Shown here in pieces: positions 27,892-36,481 of a DNA stretch of 36,481 nt. Source of the DNA: Pseudomonadota bacterium (lineage in GTDB: Bacteria; UBA10199; 2-02-FULL-44-16; JAAZCA01); NCBI GenBank assembly GCA_043822785.1, contig JBDRBN010000067.1, positions 1 to 36,481 on the forward strand. Reading direction: 5' to 3'. Each line of letters starts with the position of its first letter. The stretch's first letter is position 1. Below the pieces are notes generated by a model. It ran no database searches and was not told the DNA's origin. It saw only the letters and a list, made by a program, of their open reading frames with translations. Position numbers and translations under genes: made by a program.

Positions 27892-28521
27892 ATGATAAAT
27901 TATATCAACAAGCTTAATAGGGCTTCCCGAAAGAAAACGGGCGATCGAGAGTCGATTAAAAAAAGCTCTGATCTGCCCCTGGATCATCGCCTGACCTTTA
28001 GCCCATCAAAGGACGAACGCTGGACATTCAAAGATGGAAATATTCTTCTCAACGATACGGATGTTAAGAAGATCATAAGGGAGTGCGCAAACGAAGTGAG
28101 CACTCTTTGCGCAGTGTCCCAAGGTCTGTACAATTATCAGCAGTTTGTGTGGAGTAAGGGAGGGAAGGAAAACGCGCCATTTAACGGTGTGGCAGGATCT
28201 GTTCAGCATACGATACAGGGCAGACTCTGCAATCTGTTCGATGGTCTGACAGATGGCGTTCACTTTGAAAGCGATGGCGAAGATTTTTGGATCAATAATG
28301 TAAACGTACGTTCGGTCATCAAGCTTTACTGCATAAGGCCCACTGAAGCGGCAAGGTGTTATTTAGAAGGTCTCAGAAATAAAGTTGGCTTGATTCTCTC
28401 GCGCAGGCAGACTAGCACCAGATACGATGCAATCAACGAGCAGGCGCAAAAAATTTACGGAGAGATCACCATGGTGCTGGAAAATATCGCGCCCTCTGGT
28501 CCTCCTCGCCTGTGCGCTTAG
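27892..28521 (+). CDS. Hypothetical protein with a probable internal duplication
   Basis: 209-aa ORF; two similar segments F-DG----N---V---I. Confidence 0.75.
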   Translation: MINYINKLNRASRKKTGDRESIKKSSDLPLDHRLTFSPSKDERWTFKDGNILLNDTDVKKIIRECANEVSTLCAVSQGLYNYQQFVWSKGGKENAPFNGVAGSVQHTIQGRLCNLFDGLTDGVHFESDGEDFWINNVNVRSVIKLYCIRPTEAARCYLEGLRNKVGLILSRRQTSTRYDAINEQAQKIYGEITMVLENIAPSGPPRLCA

Positions 28522-30037
28522 CCTTGGCGCGTTCTTAGGTTCTATCCATCCAATCCCTACAATTCATATCATCGCTTTAGCATTTTTCTTTATCGGGTGC
28601 ATATTCGTAGCATGCGTTCTTTATGAGCGCGCGCCACATATGGCGCTTGCCCTTTTCATCTGTGCCTTTTTTGTATTCGGATATGCAAGGGCATCTTCAT
28701 CAGTCATACGTACCATTGATTTTTCATTTCCGCTAGGCGGAGAAAAAGCAATTCTGTGTGAAGGAAAAATAGCAGACATACCTCAAGAGAAAAAATGGGG
28801 ACTTAGGTTTGTCCTAAAGCTTTCCAAGTGCAGGGCTTTTGACCAAGACTTTTTGCCAGCTAAAGGATCAGTGCGCATTAATGCAAACTATAGATTTATT
28901 AGAGATGAACTTTTTGCCGGCGATAAGGTGCAAGTTAAGCTCACGTTCAAGACATTGGATGAGATCAAGTATCCATCCTATAGGAATTATCTTCTATCGC
29001 GTGGAATTGGAGCTAAAGCCACGGCAAAAAGCACAGTGGAGAGGGTAAGTGAAGGCACACAAGTTTTGGCTTTTGTGAATGAAGCAAGAAAGCGCATTTG
29101 GAACTCGCTCTATGAATCGATTGCACAGCCAGAGGCATCAGTTGTTGCAGCGCTGGCCACAGGAAGGCGCTATGGCATGGATGATGAAATTCGAAGCCAG
29201 TTTTCACAAGCTGGGCTTGCACACCTTCTTGCCATATCTGGTCTGCACGTTGGCTATGTGACATTGATAATTTATTTTCTAGTTAAGCTTACGCTTGGCC
29301 GCATCCCTTGGGTTATAGCGCGCATCCCCCTTGCGCGCATGGCAGCTTTTTTCACAGTTCCTCTGATGTGGTTTTACGTATTCTTCACAGGGAGTGCCAT
29401 GTCAGCCATACGCGCTGGCACTATGCTTACGATTTATCTCATAGGCATTATTCTAGGAATGAAGCACGATCTGTTAACTACGATCGCAGCTTCTGTCATT
29501 GCGATTATTGTGATCTCACCTCTAGCCGTGCTCGATGTTTCATTTCAGCTGTCAGCTAGTGCGGTTATAGGAATTGCACTTATAGCCATGCCGCTTGTTA
29601 GGCGTATGGGTTTGATCACAAGAGATCAAGGTATGGTACACAAAGCAATTGGATGGTTTTTTACAAGCTTGATCATAACCTTTGCTGCTACAGCTTTTAC
29701 AGCTCCTCTTATCGCTTATCACTTTAAGACGTTTACAGCTGCAGGTCTTTTAGCAAACCTTGTGGCTGTACCCCTTGTGGGCTTTGCCTTGCAGCCTGCG
29801 GTTTTGGCTGCTTCAACCCTTTCGCTGTGCATGCCGTCAGTAGCTTTTTATGTATGGAAGATAGCTGGTTTCTTGGCGGGAGCGCTCATTCATATTGCCC
29901 ACGGCGCTTCGGACTACGGGTCGTTTCTGGCGGGCAAATGGGCACTTTCCTGGCAAGGAATGTTTCTGGCCTATGCTGTTTTAGTATTGTTGATGCTTTT
30001 GTTGTGGAGGAAGTTACTGGTTACTGATCACTGGTAA
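28427..30037 (+). CDS. comEC: ComEC/Rec2 competence protein (OB-like plus competence domain, no metallo-beta-lactamase domain)
   Basis: F-QAGLAHLLAISGLHVG, SAIRA-M, SFQLS, APLIAYHF, ANLVAVP; start uncertain. Confidence 0.9.
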   Translation: MQSTSRRKKFTERSPWCWKISRPLVLLACALSLGAFLGSIHPIPTIHIIALAFFFIGCIFVACVLYERAPHMALALFICAFFVFGYARASSSVIRTIDFSFPLGGEKAILCEGKIADIPQEKKWGLRFVLKLSKCRAFDQDFLPAKGSVRINANYRFIRDELFAGDKVQVKLTFKTLDEIKYPSYRNYLLSRGIGAKATAKSTVERVSEGTQVLAFVNEARKRIWNSLYESIAQPEASVVAALATGRRYGMDDEIRSQFSQAGLAHLLAISGLHVGYVTLIIYFLVKLTLGRIPWVIARIPLARMAAFFTVPLMWFYVFFTGSAMSAIRAGTMLTIYLIGIILGMKHDLLTTIAASVIAIIVISPLAVLDVSFQLSASAVIGIALIAMPLVRRMGLITRDQGMVHKAIGWFFTSLIITFAATAFTAPLIAYHFKTFTAAGLLANLVAVPLVGFALQPAVLAASTLSLCMPSVAFYVWKIAGFLAGALIHIAHGASDYGSFLAGKWALSWQGMFLAYAVLVLLMLLLWRKLLVTDHW

Positions 30038-30055
30038 CTGGTCACTGATCACTCG
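30014..30055. repeat. Heptamer array (THACTGR-like)x6 containing the stop codons of both convergent genes
   Basis: ttactgg ttactga tcactgg taactgg tcactga tcactcg. Confidence 0.9.
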
Positions 30056-30375
30056 CCGACATTTTCCCACGATACAAATCGCCAGCCAAATGGGTTTTTT
30101 TCAAGGGTTGCGTAAATACGCCTTACGTTACCATCTTCAAGCGTAACAAAGGATTCTACAGCTATAAAGTGCTTGTGGATTTCAGATTGATCTGTGATCT
30201 CCACTTCTTGCACCTTGCTTTTGCCATAGACGGTGTCAGGGTATTTCTTTGCATATTTCTTGAAATATTTCTTTATGACCTTTGCGCTCTTTGCAGGAGT
30301 GGGCATGCGCGCGCATGCTGAAAAGCAAAACGCTAACGCTATAGCCAGTGCTGTTGTGCGAACAATTCGATTCAT
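30049..30375 (-). CDS. Small putative lipoprotein
   Basis: Signal peptide with FSAC lipobox; same strand as the upstream transglycosylase. Confidence 0.75.
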   Translation of the reverse strand: MNRIVRTTALAIALAFCFSACARMPTPAKSAKVIKKYFKKYAKKYPDTVYGKSKVQEVEITDQSEIHKHFIAVESFVTLEDGNVRRIYATLEKNPFGWRFVSWENVGE

Positions 30376-30446
30376 AGCCCCGCCGCTTAACATGAGTTAG
30401 ATGCTGACACAAGAGGTTTCACTCTGTTCTCTTTACGTTGCTGGCT

Positions 30447-32255
30447 TTACGGTATTATCAGCTTCTGCCCCGGGCTTAAGCGGCGCCCCACATGGCGATT
30501 CTTCTTCATTATAGCTGCTGGCGTTACTCCATATGCCTTGGCAATGGACGAAAGCGTCTCGCCGCTTTGCACTACATGGCCCATGCCGCCTGTGCGGCTG
30601 CCAGGTGCGCGGGCGGCAGAAGCCAAAAATACATCGCCTCTTCCTTCGGGCACGTGAATCTTAATCCTCCTGGGCAACAGCTTATTTCCGCTTACGATCT
30701 GCTGAGAAAAGCTGGGATTTAGCTCAGCTATTTCATCGGCAGATATGCTGGCAATCCTTGCGACCTCGGGTATTGAAATGTGATAGTTGGATCTTACCTC
30801 TTCAAAGCCAAGCGGCTTATCATGTTCTATGCGGCCAAAATAACGCTCTGCATGTTCTGCAACTTCATAGGCTGCAAGGAACTCCAGAAAGAAATTACGG
30901 GAGGCAAATCCATAAGATTGATGAGAAAAATTTCGTACGATTTTACCAATGTCGTTGGTGCCAAGTTGGGCTACAGCCTGCTTTAGGCGACCGCGGCCAG
31001 CGTTATAAGCATTTATTGCCAAAGGCCATGTACCAAGGTCTTCGTAGTTGCGCAGCAAAAGGCGGGCTGCTGCGTGCGTGGCCTTTATGGGATCATTGCG
31101 TTCATCCACGATCCTGTTGATATTCAAATACAGCTTGCCGGTTTGCGGCATAAACTGCCATATGCCGCTTGCCCCTGCAGAACTTTTGGCGTTTAGGTTA
31201 AACATCGATTCTACGAATATGAGCCTTGTTATCTCTGTTGGCACACCATAAGCTTCAAAGATCGCCTCGATCTCACCTAAGTAACGGCCAGAGAAGGGTA
31301 AGCCCTCGATGAACTTGTCGCGCTGTCCTGTCTGGGCCCTGACCCCATCTTCTTTATAGGCACGTTTAAAAGGGTTTTGTTCATTCACACCATCAAACAG
31401 CTTTCTTATTCTCCACTGCTCGTGGGTAAGCGTTGATGCTAATGGGTTTGTGGCCAAAACGCTTAAGGCATCTTCTATTCTCTCACGATGCTCTTCTACG
31501 CGTTTTTCTCTCATGTGCTGGCGTTCTACTTCATTGAGTCTTGGATCCTTCTCGATATCAGAAAGATCAACAACATCATAAACGATGTTGAGATAGCGTG
31601 GATGGTGCAGGACCACATAGTTCTTGTCGTACTTTGCATAGATATCGCGCCAGAATGCCACATCAACCTCAAGGTCGGGTTGTACGATAAGCCACGGCAG
31701 CCTACGCCTGCCACTTGCGCTATCAATGGTTGCAGGATCTCCGCGTGCAAGGCTAGACATCCTGAATTTTTTCTTAACCGGTTTTTCTGAAATGAGCGCA
31801 TCTGAAAGTATGTTTTCTTCATAAGCTTCCCCATGAGGATCGCCTATAGCCAGATCTGATTCATATGTTTCTTCTTCAGCATAAGTGTTCAAATGCTCTC
31901 TAGCCTCAAAACTCGTATCTTCTATGGCTGCACCAGCTCCTGAGTATGTGTCTTCATCTGCTCTGTCCACAATATCAGCTGTTGGCCTTTGAAAGGGATC
32001 TTTTGGTAGATCTTCTGGCACAAAGCGTGCGATGGTTTTTCCTGTGGGATGTGTGCGCGTTAGTGTCTCTTCCTTTATAAGCGGCACTACCTCTGAAATG
32101 TTTGAGGGCCCTTTGGTTGTTGTTTGATTTGTTGCAGCCATGCCGGCCTTGGCAAGCTGATTAGGCAGGAAGATGAATGCAAAGCATGCAAATCCCGCCA
32201 GGATGCATAGCACCAAGAGTGCGTGAATGATCCTGCGCTCACGTGTCCCGCTCAT
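30447..32255 (-). CDS. MltD-like lytic transglycosylase (SLT plus LysM), membrane anchored
   Basis: FVESMFN--AKSSAGASGIWQFMPQTG, DERNDP, LA-NAYNAG, C-terminal HVVQSGETLSSIAKAYGV...PGQKLIIP. Confidence 0.92.
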   Translation of the reverse strand: MSGTRERRIIHALLVLCILAGFACFAFIFLPNQLAKAGMAATNQTTTKGPSNISEVVPLIKEETLTRTHPTGKTIARFVPEDLPKDPFQRPTADIVDRADEDTYSGAGAAIEDTSFEAREHLNTYAEEETYESDLAIGDPHGEAYEENILSDALISEKPVKKKFRMSSLARGDPATIDSASGRRRLPWLIVQPDLEVDVAFWRDIYAKYDKNYVVLHHPRYLNIVYDVVDLSDIEKDPRLNEVERQHMREKRVEEHRERIEDALSVLATNPLASTLTHEQWRIRKLFDGVNEQNPFKRAYKEDGVRAQTGQRDKFIEGLPFSGRYLGEIEAIFEAYGVPTEITRLIFVESMFNLNAKSSAGASGIWQFMPQTGKLYLNINRIVDERNDPIKATHAAARLLLRNYEDLGTWPLAINAYNAGRGRLKQAVAQLGTNDIGKIVRNFSHQSYGFASRNFFLEFLAAYEVAEHAERYFGRIEHDKPLGFEEVRSNYHISIPEVARIASISADEIAELNPSFSQQIVSGNKLLPRRIKIHVPEGRGDVFLASAARAPGSRTGGMGHVVQSGETLSSIAKAYGVTPAAIMKKNRHVGRRLSPGQKLIIP

Positions 32256-33667
32256 CTTCTCACCCCCGCAATGGATTTAACTACAGCAAGCTGTGCCTTG
32301 TTGGCGGCCCATGCTCCCTTGGGCAGCCCATTGGCTAATATGGCAAATGCAGCAAGCCTGCCATCAGGCATGGGCACATATCCCGCCAGCGCGCTTACAG
32401 CGTCTAGCGTGCCTGTCTTCGCATATACCATTCCAGTAAGCCCTGGCTCCATGCGCTTCCATTTTTTCATAGTGCCATCCACGCCCAGCACAGAGAGCGA
32501 TGACATAAAATCATATTGGATCTTATTGTTGCGATATGCGGCCACAAGCACCTTGACAAGCTCGCGCGCTGATATTCTGGATATGCTGGATAGTCCTGAT
32601 CCGTTCTCCAAAACAACGTTTCCTTTAGGAATGCCTATTGATGCGAGATAATCCTGAATAACGGCAATGCCTTTTTGGGTGGATCCTGGAGGTCTAACAA
32701 ATATTGCGCCAAGGTGTTTTGTTATCTGTTCTGCGACAAAGTTTGTAGAGAGCTTGTTCATGTCGTGGATTATTTCGGCAAGCGGTGGCGACAACTCTTC
32801 AGTAAGCAGATATGCGTTTGGAGGCGCTATGCCGCTTACTACCGGGCCAGTTATTGTGATCCCGTTTTTGCTAAAGATGTGCTTGATAACTGCGCCGGCA
32901 TACTGTGCAGGGTCGTCTATGGAGCGCCAGTATATATGAGTGCCGGAGCGCGGATGGATGCGTCCTGACACAACGATGTCTTTGCCATCAGTGCCTTTTC
33001 CCATGGCGATGGCTATGTTTGATTTTGGGCTCGTGACTACGCGGTTTTTTACGTTGAAGATGTCTACCGGAGGTTTGAGTTCGATTTTTGCGAGCTTTCC
33101 AGCACCTCTACCAGGCGAGATTTCAATGCCGATGGAATTAAAGTTCACTGCCACCGCTGAAGTTTTTGCCGTATAAGCGCGGCCGTCATTGCCAGGCTTG
33201 CAGGGATAATAAAACGAGTCAAAAAATGAGTTATCTATAACAATACCGTTTGTAATTCTGTATACTCCCAGCTGGCGAAACTTCAGGGCAATGCGCTCAA
33301 GCTCTTCGTTTATGAGTGAGGGATCGCCTGTTCCCTTTACATAGAGGGTGCCTATAGAGCCGGCTGTGGGCTTATGGTCTGCATAAAAATATGTGGCGAA
33401 TCTGTAATCTAACCCCAGCTTAGCAAGCGCAGTTGATGATGTGAGTATCTTTGTACACGAAGCTGGGTTGAGCTTAAGGTCTGGAAGGTGAGAGGCCAGT
33501 ATTTCGCCGGTGGATGCATCTGCTACAACTATGGACGTGCGTTCTGGATCAAAGCCGGGGCTATCCAGCGCATCCTGTATATCAACCCTTGCGCTGGCAA
33601 CAGAAGCGATAAGAGTTGCTATTAAAACAACAAAGGAAGTAGCCAGTATTCTGTAGTTGTTTGACAT
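32252..33667 (-). CDS. dacB: D-Ala-D-Ala carboxypeptidase/endopeptidase (PBP4, peptidase S13)
   Basis: PASCTK (SxxK), KGTGDPSL, STN (SxN), ENGSGLS, AKTGTL (KTG). Confidence 0.94.
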   Translation of the reverse strand: MSNNYRILATSFVVLIATLIASVASARVDIQDALDSPGFDPERTSIVVADASTGEILASHLPDLKLNPASCTKILTSSTALAKLGLDYRFATYFYADHKPTAGSIGTLYVKGTGDPSLINEELERIALKFRQLGVYRITNGIVIDNSFFDSFYYPCKPGNDGRAYTAKTSAVAVNFNSIGIEISPGRGAGKLAKIELKPPVDIFNVKNRVVTSPKSNIAIAMGKGTDGKDIVVSGRIHPRSGTHIYWRSIDDPAQYAGAVIKHIFSKNGITITGPVVSGIAPPNAYLLTEELSPPLAEIIHDMNKLSTNFVAEQITKHLGAIFVRPPGSTQKGIAVIQDYLASIGIPKGNVVLENGSGLSSISRISARELVKVLVAAYRNNKIQYDFMSSLSVLGVDGTMKKWKRMEPGLTGMVYAKTGTLDAVSALAGYVPMPDGRLAAFAILANGLPKGAWAANKAQLAVVKSIAGVRR

Positions 33668-33699
33668 AATTGAAGATTATTCGTAATTTTAATCCTGTG

Positions 33700-33722
33700 T
33701 GTCATTCCGACCAGAGGAATCC
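33700..33722. repeat. Single (half) TGTC-type hairpin unit
   Basis: TGTC-ATTCC-GA-CCA-GA-GGAAT-CC. Confidence 0.6.
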
Positions 33723-33767
33723 CACACGATTTTTGCATTTTAATGTAAACTCGGGGGAGGGGCAAGG

Positions 33768-35312
33768 GTGATTAAGGTTCCTGCGAAAATATACTGCTTT
33801 GCAATCACTATCCTGGCTTTAGCCCTTGTTTTTACATCCTGCAAAAAAAAGGTGCCTGATGGGAACATCCTTCACGTGGCCATACCAGCAAGCCCAATAA
33901 CCTTAGATCCCAGACTTGCCACAGATGCAGAGGGCGATAAGATAGCACACCTCATATGCGACGGGCTCATGAAAAGGGATGAGCATCTTGTAGTAGTGCC
34001 CCAACTTGCTAAATCCTATGAGCAAATTTCAGACACCTCCTACCGTTTTCATTTGCGAGATGGCGTTCGTTTTCACGATGGAACCATTTTGACCGCAGAA
34101 GACGTTGTGTACACATTTGAGTCCATTGTCGATGGCTCTATTGGATCTCCCTTTAAAGGCACGTTTAGCAGAATAAAGACCATTGAGGCAGAAGGGCCGC
34201 TTACGGTACGCATCGACCTCGAAGAACCATATGCGCCGTTTCTCACCATGCTCTCCAGAGGCATAGTTTCTAAAAAAGCAGCTATAGCTTTGGGAGATGA
34301 GTTTGGCACACGCCCTGTGTGCACAGGTCCTTACAAGTTCGTTCGTTTTATCCCTGATACAGTTATAGAGCTTTTGGCCAATGAGAACTATTTTGAAACG
34401 CCGCCAAAGATGCCCAACTTAAACATGGAGGTCATAAAGGATGACAACATAAGGGTGCTAAAGCTCTTAAAGGGCGATATCGATCTTGTACAAAACGCCA
34501 TTCCTAGGCTACTCATCCAAGCCCTTCTAAAGAAGCCTGCACTTAAGATGAAGGAAGATACAGGCATTGTAATGACCTATGTGGGCATGAATCTCACAGA
34601 TCCGATTCTCTCTAAAGAGAAGGTTAGAAAGGCTATTGCCTATGCAATAGATCGGGATGAGATCATCTCTCATAAGTTTAGAGGAATGGCAGTCAAGGCA
34701 AACTCCATACTATCACCTGAGAACTGGGCATATGATCCTGATCTCATGCAGTATCCATATGATCCAAACAAGGCTAAAAAACTTTTGGACGAAGCAGGCT
34801 TTTCAGATCCAGACGGAGACGGGCCCAAGGCCAGGTTTAGCCTTGTATTTAAGACATCCACAGTAAAAGAGCGCGTGGATATCGCGCGCATGATAGCGCA
34901 CCAGCTGGGCAAAGTGGGCATAAGCGCGCGCGTGGTTCCATATGAATGGGGCACGTTTTTCAGAGACATCAAAAAGGGAAATTTTCAGATATATACTCTT
35001 TCGTGGGTAGGCGTAACAGAGCCTGATATATTCTATGATGTGTGCTCTTCGCGCGCATTTCCTCCAGATGGCCTAAACCGCGGGCATTACGTAAACCCAA
35101 AAGTGGATAGGCTTGCCCAGCAAGGTCGCGTGACAATGAATCAGGAAAAGCGCAAAGAGATATATTACAAGGTACAAGAGATTTTAATAGAGGATCTGCC
35201 TTATGTGCCTTTGTGGTATGAGAAGAACTTTGTGATATATAAAGAGGGATTAAAGGGCGTGGCGGTTGTTCCTGATGCATCTTATAGGGTGTTTATGGAG
35301 GTAACTAAATAA
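33768..35312 (+). CDS. Peptide/nickel ABC transporter substrate-binding lipoprotein (SBP family 5)
   Basis: FTSC lipobox, TLDPR, FHLRDGVRFHDG--LTAEDVVYTF, TGPYKF, VRKAIAYAIDR. Confidence 0.93.
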   Translation: MIKVPAKIYCFAITILALALVFTSCKKKVPDGNILHVAIPASPITLDPRLATDAEGDKIAHLICDGLMKRDEHLVVVPQLAKSYEQISDTSYRFHLRDGVRFHDGTILTAEDVVYTFESIVDGSIGSPFKGTFSRIKTIEAEGPLTVRIDLEEPYAPFLTMLSRGIVSKKAAIALGDEFGTRPVCTGPYKFVRFIPDTVIELLANENYFETPPKMPNLNMEVIKDDNIRVLKLLKGDIDLVQNAIPRLLIQALLKKPALKMKEDTGIVMTYVGMNLTDPILSKEKVRKAIAYAIDRDEIISHKFRGMAVKANSILSPENWAYDPDLMQYPYDPNKAKKLLDEAGFSDPDGDGPKARFSLVFKTSTVKERVDIARMIAHQLGKVGISARVVPYEWGTFFRDIKKGNFQIYTLSWVGVTEPDIFYDVCSSRAFPPDGLNRGHYVNPKVDRLAQQGRVTMNQEKRKEIYYKVQEILIEDLPYVPLWYEKNFVIYKEGLKGVAVVPDASYRVFMEVTK

Positions 35313-35315
35313 CGC

Positions 35316-35400
35316 TGTCATCGCGAGCTCGCGCATGCGAGCGTGGCGATCCCCGTAACCACAGGAGATTGCTTCGGAGCTAGCGCTCCTCGCAATGACA
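35316..35400. repeat. TGTC-type palindromic doublet
   Basis: TGTCATCGCGAG...GTGGCGATC...GGAGATTGCTTCGGAGCTAGCGCTCCTCGCAATGACA. Confidence 0.92.
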
Positions 35401-35410
35401 TACATTAATC

Positions 35411-36331
35411 ATGCTCTTCCAATACATAATAAAACGTCTCCTCACGGTGATCCCAGTTCTTCTGGCCGTATCCACCATCGTGTTCTTCTTGATCCATGCC
35501 ATACCTGGCGATCCTGTTGATCTCATTTTAGGCGAGCAGGCCCTTGCAGTGGACAAGGCTGAGCTCATGCACGAGCTACAACTGGATGAACCTGTAGCAG
35601 TTCAATACGTAGGGTTTTTAAAGGGGCTAGTCACGGGAAACTGGGGTACATCCATATTTGACAGGCAATCGGTGATTTCGCACCTGGCTGATAGATGGAG
35701 TGCAACGTTTGTGCTGGCCGTGTGTGCAATGGGGCTAGCCATAATCTTTGCTATTCCAATAGGTGTGTTCGCAGCCATAAAGAAAGGAACTGTGTGGGAT
35801 CAGGGAGCCATGCTCGCATCGCTTGTGGGCATATCAGTGCCTGTATTCTGGCTAGGTCCTGTGTTCATCCTTATCTTTTCTGTGCATTTGGGCATCTTGC
35901 CCATATCTGGCAGGGAGTCTTTGGTATCGCTTATACTTCCGTCCATCACTTTAGGCGCTGCACTTGCCGCCATGCTCTCCAGGCTTACGCGCTCGTCCAT
36001 GATAGAGGAGATAAAACGCGAGTATGTTGTAACTGCGCGCGCCAAAGGTTTGTCTGAAAAAAAGGTGATGTTTAAGCATGCTCTCAGAAACGCGCTAAAC
36101 CCAGTGATTACGATCATAGGACTGCAAGTAGGCACACTGCTTGCGGGCACGATCATAACAGAAAAGATATTCAACTGGCCGGGATTGGGCTCGCTGCTTT
36201 TAGATTCCATCAGCAGGCGCGACTACCCTGTGGTGCAAGGATGCATACTGGTAATCGCGTTCGCCTATGTGATCGTAAACATGATTACAGATTGTCTCTA
36301 TAGGGCTGTGGATCCTAGAGTGAAATTATGA
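35411..36331 (+). CDS. Peptide ABC transporter permease (DppB/OppB family)
   Basis: YIIKRLL, IPGDP, TARAKGL, KHALRNAL, EKIFNWPGLG, RDYPVVQG, DPRVK. Confidence 0.94.
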   Translation: MLFQYIIKRLLTVIPVLLAVSTIVFFLIHAIPGDPVDLILGEQALAVDKAELMHELQLDEPVAVQYVGFLKGLVTGNWGTSIFDRQSVISHLADRWSATFVLAVCAMGLAIIFAIPIGVFAAIKKGTVWDQGAMLASLVGISVPVFWLGPVFILIFSVHLGILPISGRESLVSLILPSITLGAALAAMLSRLTRSSMIEEIKREYVVTARAKGLSEKKVMFKHALRNALNPVITIIGLQVGTLLAGTIITEKIFNWPGLGSLLLDSISRRDYPVVQGCILVIAFAYVIVNMITDCLYRAVDPRVKL

Positions 36332-36340
36332 TGTGCCGTG

Positions 36341-36383
36341 AATTCCCTCCCCTTTGTGAGACTGTGTCGCAATAGGGGAGGGT
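36341..36383. repeat. CCCTCCCC-type hairpin repeat interrupted by a 16-nt insert
   Basis: AATTCCCTCCCCTTTGT [GAGACTGTGTCGCAAT] AGGGGAGGGT compared with the intact copy at 11058. Confidence 0.7.
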
Positions 36384-36481
36384 TCAAAGTTCTTTGACAA
36401 AAAAATATGAGAGGGCAGTGGAAAGCAATGCTTCAATATATTAATGATATGCTATAGTTTTTTTCCGAAAGGAGCAAGGTT

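Overview
Bacterial chromosomal window. Gene order (yceD-rpmF-acpP-rpiB-glyA-nrdR-ribD-ribE-ribBA-ribH-nusB; ffh-rpsP-khpA-rimM-trmD-rplS-rnhB) suggests a deltaproteobacterial-type lineage; this is an inference. It is mostly housekeeping genes (also gltX, ilvC, panD, ispH, glmM, a uridine phosphorylase, ogt, comEC, an MltD-like transglycosylase, dacB and two peptide ABC genes), with an accessory middle section at about 18.7-28.5 kb (orphan histidine kinase, two large lipoproteins, hypothetical proteins behind a sigma54-like promoter). The most unusual signals are: (1) an AT-rich four-helix-bundle gene bracketed by near-identical arrays of 7-bp repeats, with orphan 7-bp and 9-bp arrays at many other gene junctions, often overlapping stop codons; (2) a dispersed family of inverted-doublet palindromes (TGTC-stem-GA...GA-stem) with compensatory base changes, REP/REPIN-like; (3) an acyl carrier protein whose phosphopantetheine serine is replaced by arginine, in a locus lacking the usual plsX/fab genes; (4) a divergent IlvC with active-site substitutions facing panD. 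No rRNA, tRNA, CRISPR array or transposase gene was recognised.
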